Positions 38,721 through 52,384 of a stretch of 64,000 nt of DNA are shown here, in pieces. Origin of the DNA: Octopus vulgaris (lineage: Eukaryota); contig OX597830.1 in NCBI GenBank assembly GCA_951406725.2, positions 20,894,001-20,958,000 on the forward strand, written 5' to 3'. The stretch's first letter is position 1; each line of letters starts with the position of its first letter. The translations under genes were made by a program, and so were the position numbers. The notes under the pieces were generated by a model, which was not told the DNA's origin, did no database searches, and saw only the letters and a program-made list of their open reading frames with translations.

Positions 38721-38778
38721 ATGTCGGAGATGACCAGGTGCGGCAGAAGAAAACAACTGAATCCCAGACGGAAAAATG
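38721..38778 (+). CDS. ZEB: First coding exon of a ZEB/zfh1-family zinc-finger E-box-binding homeobox protein (partial; rest of gene not seen)
   Basis: AACATGT start context; MSEMTRCGRRKQLNPRRKN matches the vertebrate ZEB1/ZEB2 N-terminus MADGPRCKRRKQANPRR(N/K)N; ends in phase 1 at a consensus donor G|GTAAGT (38779). Confidence 0.85.
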
Positions 38779-39047
38779 GTAAGTTTACTCTCTCTCGCTC
38801 TTCTCTCTCTACCTATCTCTCGAAAACACTCACCTTATTTTTCGAAGCTACATTTTCTCGTTTGATCACAAGATCCATATTTCGTTACTTACATAAATAC
38901 ATACACACACATATGTACGTGTTAAATATATATATATATATACATGTATGTATACACACACACACACACACACACATACATATATTTATATACATATATA
39001 TATATGTGTATATGTATATTCTATTTATGTCCCACTATCATCTTCGT

Positions 39048-39144
<97 letters not shown>

Positions 39145-39427
39145 ATATGTGTGTGTGTTTATCACGTACAACAGTAAAAACAAGGAAAAACAAACGATGG
39201 GAAAAAGATAAATCAAAAAAAGTCTTGTATTTTCTTTTGATATTTGTTGTTTGTGTTGTTTTTTTTGTGATGTTGTTGCTCTCATTATGTTTACAATTAT
39301 TGTTATTGCAGATTTTATTTTATTTATTTTTTTTATCATAATCATCTCGAATTTATATTATTAGTTCCGTGTATGGTTATTTGCTCATTTTTCTTTTTTT
39401 TTTTTTTTGGGTGGTGGGGGAACTGTC

Positions 39428-39467
<40 letters not shown>

Positions 39468-39596
39468 ATTATGTTTATATATGTATATTCTGTTTATCTT
39501 ATATACGCCCCGTACAAATTGTTCGACTTTTACGTGTAATTATGTATGTCTGTATATGTGTATATAAGTGTGTGTCACGAACATGCTTGTAAACAC

Positions 39597-39638
<42 letters not shown>

Positions 39639-40381
39639 TATATATATATATATATATAGATAGATATATTCACAACACGGACATTAATTGGTGGCACACC
39701 TTTTGCGAATAACTTAATATATACACTTCTCGTTGACAAATAAACAGACTGCAGTCTACATACATACATACATACATACATGCACACGTACATACATACA
39801 TCATACATACATACATACATACATACATCATACATACATACATACATACGTACATACATACCTATTCTAAAACAAATATTCACCTTATAGTCACACACAT
39901 ATAACAGTTCAGCGTATGTGTACACACCTTGTTTGCTTGCGAATATTATAATTGCTTCATTCCTCACTAATCACCATTTTAATTATAATTAGTATTATCA
40001 TTATCATCAACATTTATTATTTTTATCATCATCACAGTAATCACCACCACCACCACCACCATCATCATCATCATCGTCATCATTACTGCTCCTGTTGTGA
40101 TGTGTTTGGGAAGGGAGGGAGGGGCGGGACAGTGCTGACTGTGGTTGTTGGTGTTGTTGCTTTTGTTGTTTTATTACTGATAATGTGAGAATAATATTCC
40201 TGTTGTCCAGTTTTTGGGGGGGTTTTTTCGGTCTCAATTCAATGACACACCTTCCTTCTTTTTCTACTTCTTTTTCTTCCTCCTCATCATCTTCCCCTTT
40301 TCCGTCCACCATCCATCTCTCCCTGTTTTTGCTTATTCTTTCACTTTCTCACGGTATAACAGAGATATATGTTCTCCTCCC

Positions 40382-40420
<39 letters not shown>

Positions 40421-40789
40421 CTCTCGCTCTCTCTCTCTCTCCCTCCTTCCTTCCCCCCACCCCCACATGTCCGCCCCCTTTTTTTTTCTTCAAACCTGCA
40501 ACACCCACCTTGCTATTACGACCACCTCCACCACCATCACAACCACCATGCTCACAATGGACCCCACCCCCTCTTCCAACATCCATCCCTCCTCTCTCTC
40601 TCTCTCTGTCGTGCTCTCTATTTCAAGAACTGTTTCACACTTTCGTGAAGGACTGTCTTTGAGAGAGTGACATATTTAGATAGATAGATAGAGAGAGAGA
40701 TAGATAGAGAGAGAGAGAGAGGGAGAGAATACCATTCTATATTTGAGAAAGGAAGAATGTCACTATAAGTGAAGTGAGGTGTTTGATGA

Positions 40790-40816
<27 letters not shown>

Positions 40817-40831
<15 letters not shown>

Positions 40832-40910
40832 CACACGTATATATATACATGTACACACGTATATATATACATGTACACACGTATATATATACATGTACAC
40901 ACGTATATAT
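40817..40910. repeat. 22-bp minisatellite, four copies
   Basis: ATATATATACATGTACACACGT repeated four times. Confidence 0.9.
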
Positions 40911-42377
40911 ATATATGTGTGAGCATGGGTGTATATGTATGTAAGTGTATGTAGGTACACATACGCATATGTATGAATAGGTGTGCGTGTATGAAATGTT
41001 GAGTGTTTCGTTACTGTCCCATGTAGAGCAAAGCGGGCATAGGTGCTGTCTGCGAGCAAGTTGGAAGACGGATGTAACAGAGCGAGAGGTCGCAGGAAAC
41101 AGAGATAGAGAGCGAGAGAGTGAGAAAGGGGAAATAAGAGAGAGAGGAGAGTGTGTGTGTGTGTGAAGGGTGAAAGACAGACAGAGAGAACGTGTATTGC
41201 AAAAAAAAAGGATGCTTCTGTTGATGGAAGGAAGGGGGGAATGGTGAGAAGAGGCAAAAAAAGAGAGAAAGAAATGAAAAGAAAAGGTGGGATGCTGCGA
41301 GAGGGAGAAAGGGATGCTGTGCAGCATGATGAGGTGGAGTTTGAGAAATTTAATTTTCTTGTTTTTTCCTTTATTTTCTTCTTGAAACGGAGCGGTGGTG
41401 GTGGTAGTGGTGGCGGTGTTGGGTTTGAATGGATGGATGGATGGATGGATGACTGACTGGCTGTGATGAGGTGAGGTGTGAGAGATGACAGCGGAATGAA
41501 GTGGTGATGATGATGATGATGATGTTGGTAGTGAGTTGGGATTGTTATTGTTGAATTCATGGATTCATGGATGGCTTGAGAAGGTGATTATTATGATGAT
41601 GATGATGGTGGTGGTGGTTGTTATTGTGGTGATGGTGGGAGGGATAGAACAGAGAGTGGGAGATAAATACCTATTGAGGGAGAGAGAGAGCGTGTGTGTG
41701 TGTTCATACGACATGTTGGGATGTTTGGATGAGACACACACACACACACACACACACAAATGAAAAGTGAAAAAGATATTTAAAGATGATTGACTTTTGT
41801 TTTTCAAATATTTCCTCCGCCTCCTCCTTCCTCTCTACGTCCTCTTTCCTCACCTCTTTCGTACACACACACACACACACTCACCGTCTCTTTCTCTCTC
41901 TCTCTCCATCTTTTCATTTCTCTTACTCCATCTCTTTCTACCGTTTGTCCTTCTACCTCCCTGTCTGTCTGTCTCTCTCTCTCTCTCACTCTTTCGTTCT
42001 ATTACCTTTACTCTTTCTCCCTCTGACTACTTGCTTACACCTTCCTCTTTCTCTACCTTTCTCTTTTCTCTTTCTCCTCTGTCACACACATTTACACAAC
42101 ACATACACACTCAATCTTTGTACATCACTTTTTTTCCTCCTCCTCCTCCTCCTCCTCTCAGTAATCCCACCTTTCTGTCGTTACCTTTTTACCTCTCACC
42201 TCTCTCTTAGCATTTCTTTCTTACCTTTTTCCTTTCTTTTCTTTCTTTTTTTTTTGCCCCATCTTTCACACACCACTCTATTCAATTCGCCTCTCCTCCT
42301 CATCTTATATCCACGCTGCACACACATGTATATATATATATATATATTAATACAAACACATATTTATATACACATAT

Positions 42378-42427
<50 letters not shown>

Positions 42428-42869
42428 AGATAACCATCCGTCCAGCTTCCCTCCTCTTCCAATTTTTCCATCTGGTTTTTCTTTCTTTCCTCCACAGATG
42501 CTGTCATTGCTGTTTTATATTATTCTCTCACTCTCTCTCTCACCTATTTCTTCATCATCATCTAGTGTGTGTATGTGTGGCGGCGGCTCTTTTAGTTTAT
42601 GAAATGTTATACGTACAGTGAATGCGTGCGTGTGTACTATGCAGAGGACACTTGGGACAGTGAATAATGGTGACGAGAAATGATGGAAACGTTCTCTGAA
42701 TCTGACTCTGACTGAACACTGTTTAGTCAAAACTTCCCTCTTCGCTGTCGTCTCGATTTCCTTCTTTCTTACGTTCTTCTTCTTCATCATATACACTTCT
42801 TCTACTCAGTGGTCGGTTTATATTTTATTAATGCGTCGGTGTGTCTGCCTGTCCCTCTGTGTTCATATG

Positions 42870-42904
<35 letters not shown>

Positions 42905-43058
42905 GTTGTGGTTGTGTTCATCATAGATCCGTGTATGCATATGATTGTGTGTGTATGTATGTATATATATATATATATGTATATGTATATGTATATATGT
43001 GTGTGTATATATATATATGTGTGTGTATGTATAGTTTTATGTAAGTACCTGTAATGGA

Positions 43059-43119
<61 letters not shown>

Positions 43120-43193
43120 CGTATGTATTCATATGACATGTTTTACATGTATGTTTTTTAGCTATCACATGTAGCCATCACCTTATTGATGTA

Positions 43194-43244
<51 letters not shown>

Positions 43245-43336
43245 ATAATATAATGATTATATATATATATGTGTGTGTATATATGTGTCAGCTTATAACA
43301 AGTGTTTGTAAATGTACTTTATCATACTAAACAAGT

Positions 43337-43392
<56 letters not shown>

Positions 43393-44292
43393 CATACGTC
43401 TGTGTTTATATACTCATATACACACACATTTGTTTATAAAGTCTACATACATAGGCTGCATGTAATACTATCATGCACATAATTACGTACGTACACACAC
43501 ACACACACATGCACGCACGTACAAACTCACAGACACGTGTATTGACCAAGGTAAATGAAGTGCTAACCTAAGCGACCCAGGCCTCTCTGTCCGTCTGTCT
43601 GTCTCTCTCTCTAATAATCTAGGTACATTCATGTTTGTGTGTACGTGAGTCTCCATCTCTCTACAATTACTCTTCCTTCTTCTCTTTATCGCCCTACATC
43701 TCTCTGTATGTCTGTCTGTCTCTCTCTCCTTCTCGCTTGCACCCTCCTGCCACGACCTCCTCTCCCCCTGACCAGTAAAGAAGAACACACACACCAATTC
43801 ATCGCTAAAAGTCGTGTTCTGTCCCTGCTGTATGATGATTTATTCCTTGCTTTAATTTTCTGTGATGGTCGACTTTAATGTTTCCTTGCTTTATGGAAAG
43901 AAAGAAAGAGCGTGTGAGAGGGAGAGCAAGAAAGAAAGAAAGGAAGAAAGGAAGGACGAAAGAGTATGTTATGGTGCGATATATAGCGAGGAGGGAAGAA
44001 AGATGCCGAGCAGCCTGAGGCTGGCGGCCGTCACCAACTGACTCCCTTTCCTTTCTCTCTCTAATTTATCTCTCTCTCTCTCTCTCACTCACACATATTA
44101 TACCTGACTGACACGGCACTGCCAAACGGAACTGATGCTTAAGCGAAACCACCTCACTCATATTTTCTTTCATCCTCGCCATCTCTTTCTCTTTAGTTTT
44201 CTGTGTTAGTTTATATATAAACTATATACACACACACATACATACATACATACATACACATCTGCCAATCTTATGTATCTTTCTTTTTCCTC

Positions 44293-44329
<37 letters not shown>

Positions 44330-44966
44330 CTTATGTATCTCATAATTCACCTACCTAGTATGTACGATAGTACTTTCATTGAGTCTATTTGTCCATTTAT
44401 CTGTCCGACTGTCTATCTCTCCCTCTGTCCCCTTCTCTCTATCTCTCCCTCTCTCTCTCACTATATATATATATACACACCTATCTATCTGTCTCTAGTT
44501 CTCTCTTCTAACTACTCCATCTGTCGTATTTATATTCCACATACCTAATCTACATACAAAATTCCTCGCCGTGTTTTTCACACACACTTTCTTTACTCTC
44601 CCTTCTCCTCGCTCATGTCTTTCTACATATCTCTCTCTCTCTCTCTCTCTCTCCCTACCTCTTTTTTTCTTCTCGTCTAATATCCTCCCTTTCTAATTTC
44701 ACCAACCAACCTTCCAACCAACCTACGTTATACCTACTGTACACTAACAGCTCCCTCCTCTCTCTCTCTCTCTCTCTATGTCCCCCCCCCCCCATTCTCT
44801 ACAATCAGGACAACACCCTTCCTTCGCCATTCTGTAAGAAATGTCCCAGAATAATTAAACTGGAATTGTTACCAAAATGCTATTTTATTTATATGTATTT
44901 TTTCTCTCTCCTTTCATAATCTGTCGTCAACTCACATGTACGTATATACACACACACTCATGTGTT

Positions 44967-45013
<47 letters not shown>

Positions 45014-45327
45014 GTATATATATGAAGACAGTGTCTCGTGTCAACTTTTCTGTAGTTCATACTTCATCTTTTTAAGTTTTTTTTTTGCTATTTTTTTAAT
45101 CTTGCCGCTGGCGTGTCAGTCTCTTATTGAACGACTTTTCTTCGTATCTTTATTTATTTATCTATATTTATTTTTTTGTCGAAAAATGTTAAATTATTCT
45201 ATTTATCTTACCTCTAATAGTTCTACGTACCAACCAAACTGTCTGTCCGCCCAAAACACGATTGTTTATGGTACCTATCTTTGAGAGATTCCCACACTCC
45301 CTAACACCTATCTATCTATACATACAT

Positions 45328-45377
<50 letters not shown>

Positions 45378-45929
45378 ACGTTTTCTTATTTGCACCAAAC
45401 TCTCTCCGACTCTTTATCCGCCTCTTTCTCCCTCTACCCACTGTCTCCTTCTTTATCTTTCTCTCTATCCATCTTATTTACCTATATACTTCTTCTACCT
45501 CCAAGACTTTATCTCCAGCATTTACCGTTTCTGGCCACTTCCACCATCAGCATCACCACCATTTCAACCGCCTCTCTCTCTCTCTCTCTCCCTCTGTCCC
45601 CCTCTCTTTCTGATTCTTCTCTTATCCTATCTCTCTCTCTCTCTAAACTCGCTCACCACTCCTCTTTCTCCCTCCCTTTCATACGCATTACCATTTCTCT
45701 TTCTCTCTCTCTCTCTCTCTGCCTGGGTTTGGTTCCACTCTTTCCTCTCCCCCTCTGCTACTACTCTTGTCATCCTGTCTCTGCCAGTGCCGCAAGTGTT
45801 TGCCTTGTCGGTTAGTTTATAGCTCAAGGTAAACACACACACACGCACACACACACACACGCTCTCTCGCGCGCGCAATCGCACACACATACACACACAC
45901 ATACCTATTTACATATACTCCACACCACG

Positions 45930-45983
<54 letters not shown>

Positions 45984-46162
45984 CATCACAGTCAACTGAC
46001 CCAAATAAACGTGTTATTCCAACCACCTCTTAATTTCCTCGATTACAGAAAAATTCTTTCTTGATTCTCTCTCTCTCTCTCATACACACTCACACTCACT
46101 CGCGAATCTACAGGACTAAAGTTACAAATTTGTGTTTGTTGAGTGCGTGTGAGTGTCTATTT

Positions 46163-46214
<52 letters not shown>

Positions 46215-46239
46215 TTGTGTGTGGATTGCGTCCATGCTG

Positions 46240-46500
46240 TAGCACCACCTGGAACGAAGTAATTTAGTCGAACGAATCGCGACTCCGGGGTATTTCTTAG
46301 TTTGGTACATATTCTATCGGCTCCGCCAAGTGACAGGAAACATCATCAAACCGACACCGGTTGTCAAGCACAGTTGGGGGAGAAGCATAAACACACACAC
46401 GTATATATATATATATATATTATGTTATGTTATGTTATGAATGTATAAATACGACGAGCTTCTTTCAGTTTCCCTGCTTTGGCTGGTCGGGGCTATAGTA
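46240..46500 (-). mobile_element. Diverged SINE family A
   Basis: CCATGCTGTAGCACC...CGGTTGTCAAGC...TTCTTTCAGTTTCC. Confidence 0.6.
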
Positions 46501-46739
46501 GACGGATATTTATTCATATAATGGGTCAATGTCTTCAAATTTCAGTCGAATCGACATTAGAGTTTTAGTTACCATTTGACGATCAGCTATGATGAGGACT
46601 TGTAGGAACGCAGCATAAACGGGACACCCGGGTTTATTTTGTCTATATGTGTGTATACATGTCTGTATCTATCTACCTGTCTATCTCTATATATTATATG
46701 AGTGCGTGTATGTGTGAGTAAAATATATATATATATATA

Positions 46740-46883
46740 TGCTGTGTGGTAAAAAGCTTTCTTCCCAGCCACATGGTTCCGGGTTCGGTCCCACAGCCAA
46801 GTGGCCAAGTACCTTTCTATTGTGTCGGGCCGATCAAAACCTTGTAAGTGGATTTGGTTGGCGGAAACTGCAAGAAGCCCGTC

Positions 46884-46917
<34 letters not shown>

Positions 46918-47240
46918 TAATAAATAAAATATATGCATACATACAAACATATATGTACGTACCGACATCTATATGTATATATACATGCATATATAAATAT
47001 ATATACGTACAGGAAGGACACCACAAGAAGACGTAAAAATCAACATGGGTGTGTGTGTCTGTTCCCCCACCATCGCTTGACAACCGATGTCGGTGTGTTT
47101 ACGTCCCCATAACTTAGCGGTTCGGCAAAAAAAGACCGATAAAATAAGTACTGTGCTTACAAAGAAGGTCGATTGGTTCTACTAAAGGCGGTGCTCCAGC
47201 ATGGCTGCAGTCAGATGACTGGAACCAGTAAAAGAAAAAA
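46740..47240 (+). mobile_element. SINE family A with an inserted fragment (46911-47050)
   Basis: Head at 46740, tail at ~47235; the insert is the inverse of 11901-11980. Confidence 0.8.
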
Positions 47241-47558
47241 AAAATATGTATGTATTGCACACACATACATGCAAGAATATTAAAAAAAAACAACAGAAAG
47301 CGAAAAATGATAGGTAAAGAGATAAATAAATTTGTATATTTACGTGTGTGTAAGTATTTATGTACTTAGCCACATGTATTTTTACGTAATAAAGTACTCG
47401 TATATAAGTACGTGTGTATGTACATATTCTTAGTAAGCAAAAAGTTTCGCATGAGAAAAGGTACACACGGTATATCTTAATACAGCGGTAATTTAAATGC
47501 TTACATTATTTAGTACATGATAAACGCGTAGTTCCAAAAGCACTCAGGTACCTACATG

Positions 47559-47985
47559 GGATCTATTCGGTTTGAACGGCAGTTTTTACTAGCAGTGTCA
47601 TATGAAATTGTCACCCATGATTATGACCCTAGAATCGATCTATTGCATTTCAATCTGTTTTAAGAGTTAGAGCTTAGGGGTGGGAGGAAGGATATCTTTT
47701 TTTCTTCCCAAATGTAAATAAACCCAATCTGTTTCTTAAACGAGGGACATATTCATATGGCACAGAATGTTTTTTTTTTACCTCAATAGACGTCACTGAT
47801 TGGTTGAAATTTCAGAAATTGAAGAAAAAAAAAACAAGAAATATCTTACAAACTATAGAATTTTCTCAATAAAGCCAAGAGAAAAAAGATGTTTTATAAA
47901 CACATTCTACCAGTATACGAAGTTTAACATTTTTTAGTTACCTAGAAATTATGTTATAAACTGCCGTTCAAACCGAAAAAGATCC
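47559..47985. mobile_element. MITE of the 25242-25660 family
   Basis: TIRs GGATCTATTCGGTTTGAACGGCAGTTT...AAACTGCCGTTCAAACCGAAAAAGATCC; exact TSD CCTACATG (47551-47558, 47986-47993). Confidence 0.92.
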
Positions 47986-48458
47986 CCTACATGTTAGCAT
48001 TCTTTAGAGTTTGTTAAATCTTATAACGTTTCAAATCTTAAACCTTGAATTGGATGCTTAGGACCATAATGTTTGAGAATGATTGTTACACCCGAGTGTG
48101 TGTGTGCGTGTAAGATTGTATACCTATCTATTTATCTACCCGTGTATATGTTTACACCCAATATTTTCGTATGGGTAGTTGTTTCCATATACCTTATATT
48201 TTTTGATTGTCGTTCGTCTATGAGACAAAATCAAGTGTTTTTTTTTTCTGTGTTTCTTGTACAGGTTTTGCTGTAGTATGTGTGTGTGATAGCTGGTTTA
48301 AAGTCGTTAGCCAATCCTCATCGTATATGACAATCGGATCCATGCTATATCCTTGTACCGTTTATAAGTGTTGTTGCTTCACACGGTGGCATTTATATAC
48401 ATGTGTGTATATATATGTAGAGAGAGAGATATGTACAGACAGACAGACAGATAGATAG

Positions 48459-48489
<31 letters not shown>

Positions 48490-48839
48490 CATACATACAT
48501 ACATACGTGTACACATACATTTGTACTTAGATACGTGTATACATACACACATTTCTACTTAGATACGTTTATACACACATTTGTACGTAGATACGCGCGT
48601 ATATACATACATATGTGCATGTATTTATCTTTCTCTCTCCCTCTCATATATACGTACACATCATACACACACACACATATATAATACATAATTACACCCT
48701 CCATACACAAAGTGCATATATTACATAGTATGTATTTATATATTTAGGTTTATACATATATGTTATGCAATATATCCATATAAATATGTTTATGTATATA
48801 TACATATTGTACATATGTATATACATATATGTATATGTA

Positions 48840-48929
<90 letters not shown>

Positions 48930-49279
48930 TGTTTGGCTGCTGTCTTATTTTCTATCCACGTACATACAAGAGAACGTGTACATGGGTACAGAAAATAAGA
49001 CAGCAGCCGAACAAGTTTCAGTCCTGTTTTGGGTTTTCATTGGCGCTTGTTTACCTCCTTCCTTTAACTGACCACGGAGGCAGTTATTTGTGTATACGTA
49101 TGACACTTATATGTAACGTGTGTGTGTGTGTGTAGAACATTTAATGTCCGTGTGTTTGTACGTGTATAAAATTGTAAACGAATACGTGTGTGTGTATGTG
49201 TATGGGTAGAGAGATAGATAAAACCATATAAATGTATGTACATATGTGTATTTATGATATCGGAGTCTGCGTGTGTGTG

Positions 49280-49384
49280 TGTTCTATCGGTCTTTTTTGC
49301 CGAACCGCTAAGTTAAGGGGACGTAAATACACCAGCATCGGTTGTCAAGCGATGGGGGAGGGGCAAACACAGACACACAAAGAT

Positions 49385-49417
<33 letters not shown>

Positions 49418-49582
49418 CGACGAGCTTCTTTTCAGTTTCCGTCTACCAAATCCATTCACAAGGCATCGGTCGGCCCGAGGCTATAGTAGAAGACACTTGC
49501 CCAAGGTGCCACGCAGTGGGACTGAACCCGGAACCATGCAGTTCGTAAGCAAGCTACTTACCACACAGCCACTCCTACGCCT
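49280..49582 (-). mobile_element. SINE family A, 3'-truncated
   Basis: Head ends CCACTCCTACGCCT at ~49582. Confidence 0.85.
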
Positions 49583-49591
49583 ATTATATTA

Positions 49592-49639
<48 letters not shown>

Positions 49640-50303
49640 CATACAAACATACATATTTATATGTATATACAGACACACACACACACCTATGTATCTGTTT
49701 CTCTTTCTCTCTATGTATGTATAAGTTATCTATAATACATAATATATAATTACATACACATTTTATATGTGTCACACAGAACATATGCACACCAGTTAAT
49801 ATTTTATAGCGTTTACGTGTGTTCACCATCAGCGTACCTCCATTCAAGTCCATTAGTTTCCCGTAGCTATCTCTCCTTCCCAGGCCATCTTTTGCAGCAA
49901 GCCAGGCACACTTATATATTAAGATATAATATGCGCATATTTATTCGTCTTTTATATCCCGTTAAAAGGTGTTGCCCTGTACACAGCCATTAGCCGTCGT
50001 TATTCCGTTATGTCGAAAAATGAACTGAATAATCTCTGTGTATTTTCAAACACACGGACACATTAATGCCTCAGTGTGTGTGTGTCTGTGTTGTATGTAG
50101 GTGTGTGAGCAGGTGTCTTCCTGTCAAGCGAGTGTTTTCTCCCGCTTTTCTACCTCTGTCTTTATATATCTCTGTCATCTCTCTGACTCTATTTCTCTCT
50201 CTCTCTCTCTCATTCACTCACTCTTATCCTTACACTTTTGAGCACTTTCTCTCCCAGGATGTCCTAAGATTCTCCATCACACACACACGGATATATGAGT
50301 GTG

Positions 50304-50338
<35 letters not shown>

Positions 50339-51059
50339 GTGTGTGTGTGTGTGTGTGTGTAAAGTAGAAGCCTTCGTTCGTCATGGCGTCCTGTTGTTGG
50401 GATGTTCGTAAAATACAGTGGTGACAACGGTTAGCTTCGCTGCTTCTGGTCGATCAGTCGCTCGGATGGATGGATGGATGAATGGATGAAAGTTGTTACT
50501 GCTTCAACTAGCTAACCAAATAAATAAATGTGTTTGAGCCACGGTGGTCTTTTCCCTCAATTTATATTATACAAACGACAAGGGAAATGTCATTTTATAC
50601 CATTCCTCTTGTTTGAAAATGTTTTGTCAGTGTTGTTGTTTTTATTTAGCTCCCAAGTGAACTCTGGTCGAACAACTTCATACTCAAAGTCGCTCCACTT
50701 ACGACCATCCAGTATTTTTGTTCTTCAGGTATTGTGTGAAAAACTCACCTTCAGTTACCTGGTTATAATTGCCGTTTTGAGGAGTTTTTTTTTTTTTATG
50801 GTAGGTTTCCTCTATTGACAAAAAATGGAGCAGCAACTCTATGTATGTATATTTGTATATATTAATATATAAACATAATTATACATACATAATACATGAA
50901 TCGTATATACATATGTAGTTATGTGTATGTATACACACACATGTATATACATACATACATACATATATATATATGTCGTATATATGTATATATATATATA
51001 TATATACACACACATATATATATATATAACATATATATATATATATATATATACATACA

Positions 51060-51109
<50 letters not shown>

Positions 51110-51114
<5 letters not shown>

Positions 51115-51245
51115 TGCCCCCCCCCCCCAACATTGCTTGACAACCGATGGTTGTCAAGGAATAAGTCCTGGGGTCGATTTGTTCGACTAAAGGCGGTGTT
51201 CCAGCATGGCCGCTGTCAAATGACTGAAACAAATAAAAGACTAAA
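51110..51245 (+). mobile_element. SINE family A 3' fragment with internal fold-back TTGACAACC-gat-GGTTGTCAA
   Basis: Family A 3' body and tail. Confidence 0.75.
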
Positions 51246-51265
51246 GATATATATACACACATATA

Positions 51266-51335
<70 letters not shown>

Positions 51336-51393
51336 ATATGTTATGTATGAAATATATAATACAATATTTTATATGTTATATATGTAATATATA

Positions 51394-51444
<51 letters not shown>

Positions 51445-51499
51445 CCGTACATTTATATATATATATATGTACATATATCATATATATATATATATATAT

Positions 51500-51692
51500 A
51501 ATCACTCTCTCTCCATCAAATCGACGTTGTTTGAACAGGTGCACCGTGTGTCACACGTCAGGTGTTGAAGCGATTAGAGAGCAACGTCGGAGGAAGTGTT
51601 TTGCGAAAGAATACAAAGCACCAACCGGTCTAGGAATTGAAACCACGTTCTCGCGATCGTGAGTTCAGCACATACTGGGCCATGTGCCCTCA
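51500..51692 (-). mobile_element. Diverged tRNA-headed SINE fragment
   Basis: Minus strand TGAGGGCACATGGCCCAGT...GGTTTCAATTCC. Confidence 0.55.
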
Positions 51693-51816
51693 TATATATA
51701 TATATATAACGTTTATTGCCACTTAAACATGACTGTTTTGGACGCCACCATTATAGATAATATCTATATAATATATATACATATATGTATTTAAAATATG
51801 ATATAAATACTATATA

Positions 51817-52241
51817 TACTCTTTACTCTTTTACTCTTTTACTTGTTTCAGTCATTTGACTGCGGCCATGCTGGAGCACCGCCTTTAGTCGAGCAAATCG
51901 ACCCCGGAACTTATTCTTTGTAAGCCCAGTACTTACTCTATCGGTCTCTTTTGCCGAACCGCTAAGTAACGGGGACATAAGCACAGCAGCATCGGTTGTC
52001 AAGCAATGCTAGGGGGGACAAACACAGACACACAAACATACACATACACACACATACATACATATAAACATGCATACGGCGGGCTTCTTTCAGTTTCTGT
52101 CTATCAAATCCACTCACAAGGCATTGGTCGGCCCGGGGCTATAGCAGAAGACACTTGCCCAAGGTGCCACGCAGTGGGACTGAACCCGGAACCATGTGGT
52201 TGGTTAGCAAGCTACTTACCACACAGCCACTCCTGCGCCTA
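51817..52241 (-). mobile_element. SINE family A, full length
   Basis: Complete head, body and (CTCTTTTA)n tail. Confidence 0.92.
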
Positions 52242-52332
52242 TATGATACTATTTATACAATATACATGATAATATTCTATGCATATATATACATAGGTGT
52301 AATATATGTATATTAATGCTTGTTTCATATGA

Positions 52333-52384
<52 letters not shown>

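Noticed and set aside
38610-39341. 243-aa ORF as a single-exon gene
   Set aside because: Only 38721-38778 is protein-like; the rest is read-through past a consensus donor into microsatellites.
44132-44149. CTGATGCTTAAGCGAAAC as a hammerhead
   Set aside because: Lacks A9 and has no stem I/III pairing.
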